A DNA stretch of 64,000 bases from Balanoglossus misakiensis. Lineage: Eukaryota; Animalia; Hemichordata. The notes under the pieces are model-generated. The model was not told the DNA's origin. It made no database searches and saw only the letters and a program-made list of their open reading frames with translations. Position numbers and translations under genes: made by a program. The stretch lies in assembly GCA_040954595.2 (NCBI GenBank), contig CM082593.2:6665579-6729578 (forward strand). Reading direction: 5' to 3'. Numbering within the stretch: position 1 is the first letter of the stretch; every line of letters starts with the position of its first letter. This document shows positions 51,044 to 64,000 of the stretch, in pieces.

Positions 51044-52284
51044 GTGAGTAGTTGTTAGATGTAGCGTGAACGATCAACGCATTGACGTTATGTTTTATCA
51101 CAAGATGGTTGTGTCATTATGATGATTGATCTCTCAACGCAAAAATTTAAATTTGTGAGTTCAATAATCGTTCATGAGCGTACACACACCAGTTTAGACT
51201 TTTCGACTTGCCACTGCTAAGAAAACATCAGCGCATGCATGTGGTTTGTAATCTAAACCAAAAGTTTTAATGTTAGCATTATGATTGTTATTTTCTGACA
51301 ATCTTGTTATTTTATTGTTTACTTTCAAATTCTTTAAAAACTATATAGCCGGCCTGAAATGTACATTGTTGTGATCACCTGTTCGACCCGGCGTGGCCAC
51401 CTGCGGAAAGATCTGTATGTCGTAATGCTCGATCGATGATCGCATTTACAATTTTATAATGATTATTAAAAAAAAATGGAGCTTTGATGTCTTGAGCGAG
51501 CGTCGGGGAAACTCAGAGTCACCCTACTTACCATGTCTCGCCAGCGGGCCAACACAGGTTGTCAACAATGTGTTTGCACATTGCAACGATTATCATAGTA
51601 ATGCTAAACTTGTCTAGCGGCTCACCGGCGGTATGTTTGTGTGTACTGCATATCAATGAACGTATCAAGCCATGTCAAATAGACATTTGTCAGATCTTTT
51701 GAAACTGTGGATAAACTGTGAAAAACCTGATCACCTATCAATATCATGTAGAGGGTAGTCATAATGGTTTGTTTCTTTTGACCTTTGTTTTGTTTTGTGT
51801 CAGATACCAACAGACAAGCCCTGAAAAGTTTTAAAACTAAGGGATTTTCCAATGTTAGGGCAGGGGTGCTCCCTCCCTCTTTTACATTCTAGGGGGTGTA
51901 ATTCAGAAAACATAAAACTTGAAAAAAAATATTTCCTTGTGTAACTTATTTATAATGGAAATTTGGTGCATTATTATACATCTAGTGCCGAGAACAATAG
52001 ATTTTGGCGTGCAATAAAAAGCCGTACGGAACGGTACGTACGGAACGCGCGTTAAATAAGCCTTAGTTTCAAGGCGCCCCAAACTCACCGTGTACAGGTA
52101 TGCGCTGTTATGCGGACGGTTTCAAGGCGCCCGCATTCCAACGCACGCGCACGTACGTAAACAAAAAAGAAAGATGGCTGCTCACTGAGCGGTTTTCGAT
52201 CGATTGTACCGGCATTTTGGGCGTTTTGAAAGCCAAGTAACATGCAAAACAAGAACTATCGGAGATATAAGATGTATAATAATA

Positions 52285-52413
52285 AGGTTATTACGAAAAT
52301 ACCGCAAAGTATGCACTCGGACATTAGCGCAGCGCATCGCCCTCCGCTACGCGTCGGGCGATACTCAGCGCTAATGTCCTCGTGCATACTTTGCGGTATT
52401 TTCGTAATAACCT
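52285..52413. repeat. Long near-perfect hairpin (32-bp perfect outer stem plus inner stems)
   Basis: aggttattacgaaaataccgcaaagtatgcac ... gtgcatactttgcggtattttcgtaataacct; inner ggacattagcgc/gcgctaatgtcc and atcgccc/gggcgat. Confidence 0.85.
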
Positions 52414-53658
52414 CATAATATTCCAATTGTCTCTGGACATGTGCCCCCCCCCCCTCCTGTCATAAAAATAGCCAAAATCATAGTAAATGAAATTTGGCAT
52501 GGCACAAAGTTATGAATAAATTTGGCAAGTTGTCTGATACATCAATCAGCTCATGTCACTATTTGATGACACGGGCATTGCAGTTTACTGAGAGTTATAT
52601 AATTATCCCTTTTGATGTAATTAGCTTGGAATACTGCGTTGAATTGACCTATTATTACAAAAGAGGTGTATTTAATCAGTCATGAATAATGAATGATAAT
52701 AATTAATTTTATCAAATCTATTACAAGGTGTAATTATTTATCATATTGCTGATGTACATAATTTGACTTTTGATGTGATGTCAAAGTTTTAATTTCACAC
52801 TGTGTCCAGAAAGTTCAGTTACAGTATGCAGATAAGAGACATGAAACAGAAATGTAAAAGATTTAAAAGTACCAAAGAGTGTGTTAGTCGGAGTGGAGGT
52901 TTATGTAAAAGCCTTGCGTTGGTACGTCCATGATTTATAGAATCTAAACCAAACCATTAATCAATGTCTGTATGAGTAAGAGTGGATATCTATCTTCAGT
53001 GCAGTTAAGTTGGAAGTCGAGATCTTGAAATGTATGTCAACTAGGTATGGGTGCAAAGAAAAACTGCAACTTCGTTTTATTATGTCTAGGTAATGCGTCT
53101 GAAATCGAGAAACTGATGAAAAGTATTTCAAAATATGTGAGAAGCTTTTCCTGATTTCACTTCTTCTGTGTTCATCGATTGAGATCACGTCGTGTTTCTT
53201 CTCAAAGCCCCCTGGCAGTGGCAGCCTTCACAAATCGAGCTCATCATATCTCATAGTGTGCCGACGGTCTGTTTTTGATAGAGCCAGCTATGCACGTACT
53301 GTGCCGTGATCATTATTTTTTCAGAAACCAATCTTTTAAAAAAGAGTCATATTTCGCTGCATTTATCCCCTGGCCTGTGGAATTGTAAGATGGATTTCAT
53401 TTTCCTGGAATGCCAAGGCATCCCGTGTGCTCTCCTATCTCATGATTGTATTATAGTCCAACTGCACCTCCATTGAAAATTGAAGGGTTGAACCACTCGT
53501 GATAATGACAGGGTAACTCAATACAAAAACGGTACTTTGATTTCAAATTCATGAAATCACCAGATTGCATTTGTGGTTTATAATTTCTTACTAGTTATGA
53601 AATGTGACGTGAAATAATTTATATGATAGGCATGTATCTTAATAATGATCTTTGTTGA

Positions 53659-63835
<10,177 letters not shown>

Positions 63836-64000
63836 TGATGTTTGTGCCAGACATAAAGAAGTTTAAAAATCAAATATTTGCTCAATGCCCATCTGCGAAC
63901 AGTTTAATGTAAAACAGGGAGTTGTTTGCAGGAAAAGTCTGTGCTTTGCCTATCCGATGGGGTGTGTGCTAGGCTTGGTAGGAGAATTCCTGGTGTTGTT

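Noticed and set aside
51370-51405. gttcgacccgg B-box/tRNA-like motif
   Set aside because: No cloverleaf or A-box could be built; no tRNA, rRNA or convincing snoRNA was recognised anywhere in the window.

Overview
This is AT-rich, intron-containing animal DNA, probably from an invertebrate deuterostome (inferred from intron style and protein similarity; the species cannot be fixed from sequence alone). Five spliced genes were rebuilt by hand from GT/GC-AG boundaries with consistent codon phase. (1) Collagen prolyl 4-hydroxylase alpha, P4HA (minus, CDS 16235->2080, about 541 aa). (2) Head-to-head with it, lysosomal alpha-mannosidase MAN2B1 (plus, 18530->28224, about 1002 aa). (3) G3BP (minus, 37045->32481, about 518 aa). 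(4) A small CCDC200-like coiled-coil gene (plus, from 41561). (5) The 5' part of a CDKL2/3-type kinase (plus, runs out of the window). Most ORFs in the supplied track are intronic noise. The main signal is RNA-level diversification. An intronic element in P4HA is complementary to a catalytic-domain exon and places two exonic adenosines opposite C, the layout of an ADAR editing-complementary sequence, predicting I->V and Q->R recoding. The P4HA exon carrying the Fe(II)-binding HxD motif is tandemly duplicated, with a TACTAAC branchpoint only 15 nt from the upstream donor. MAN2B1 has two 204-nt paralogous active-site exons only 17 nt apart. The CCDC200-like gene has duplicated alternative terminal exons. 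Several MITE families and candidate HIF, TFEB, RFX, CTCF and POU motifs are also present.
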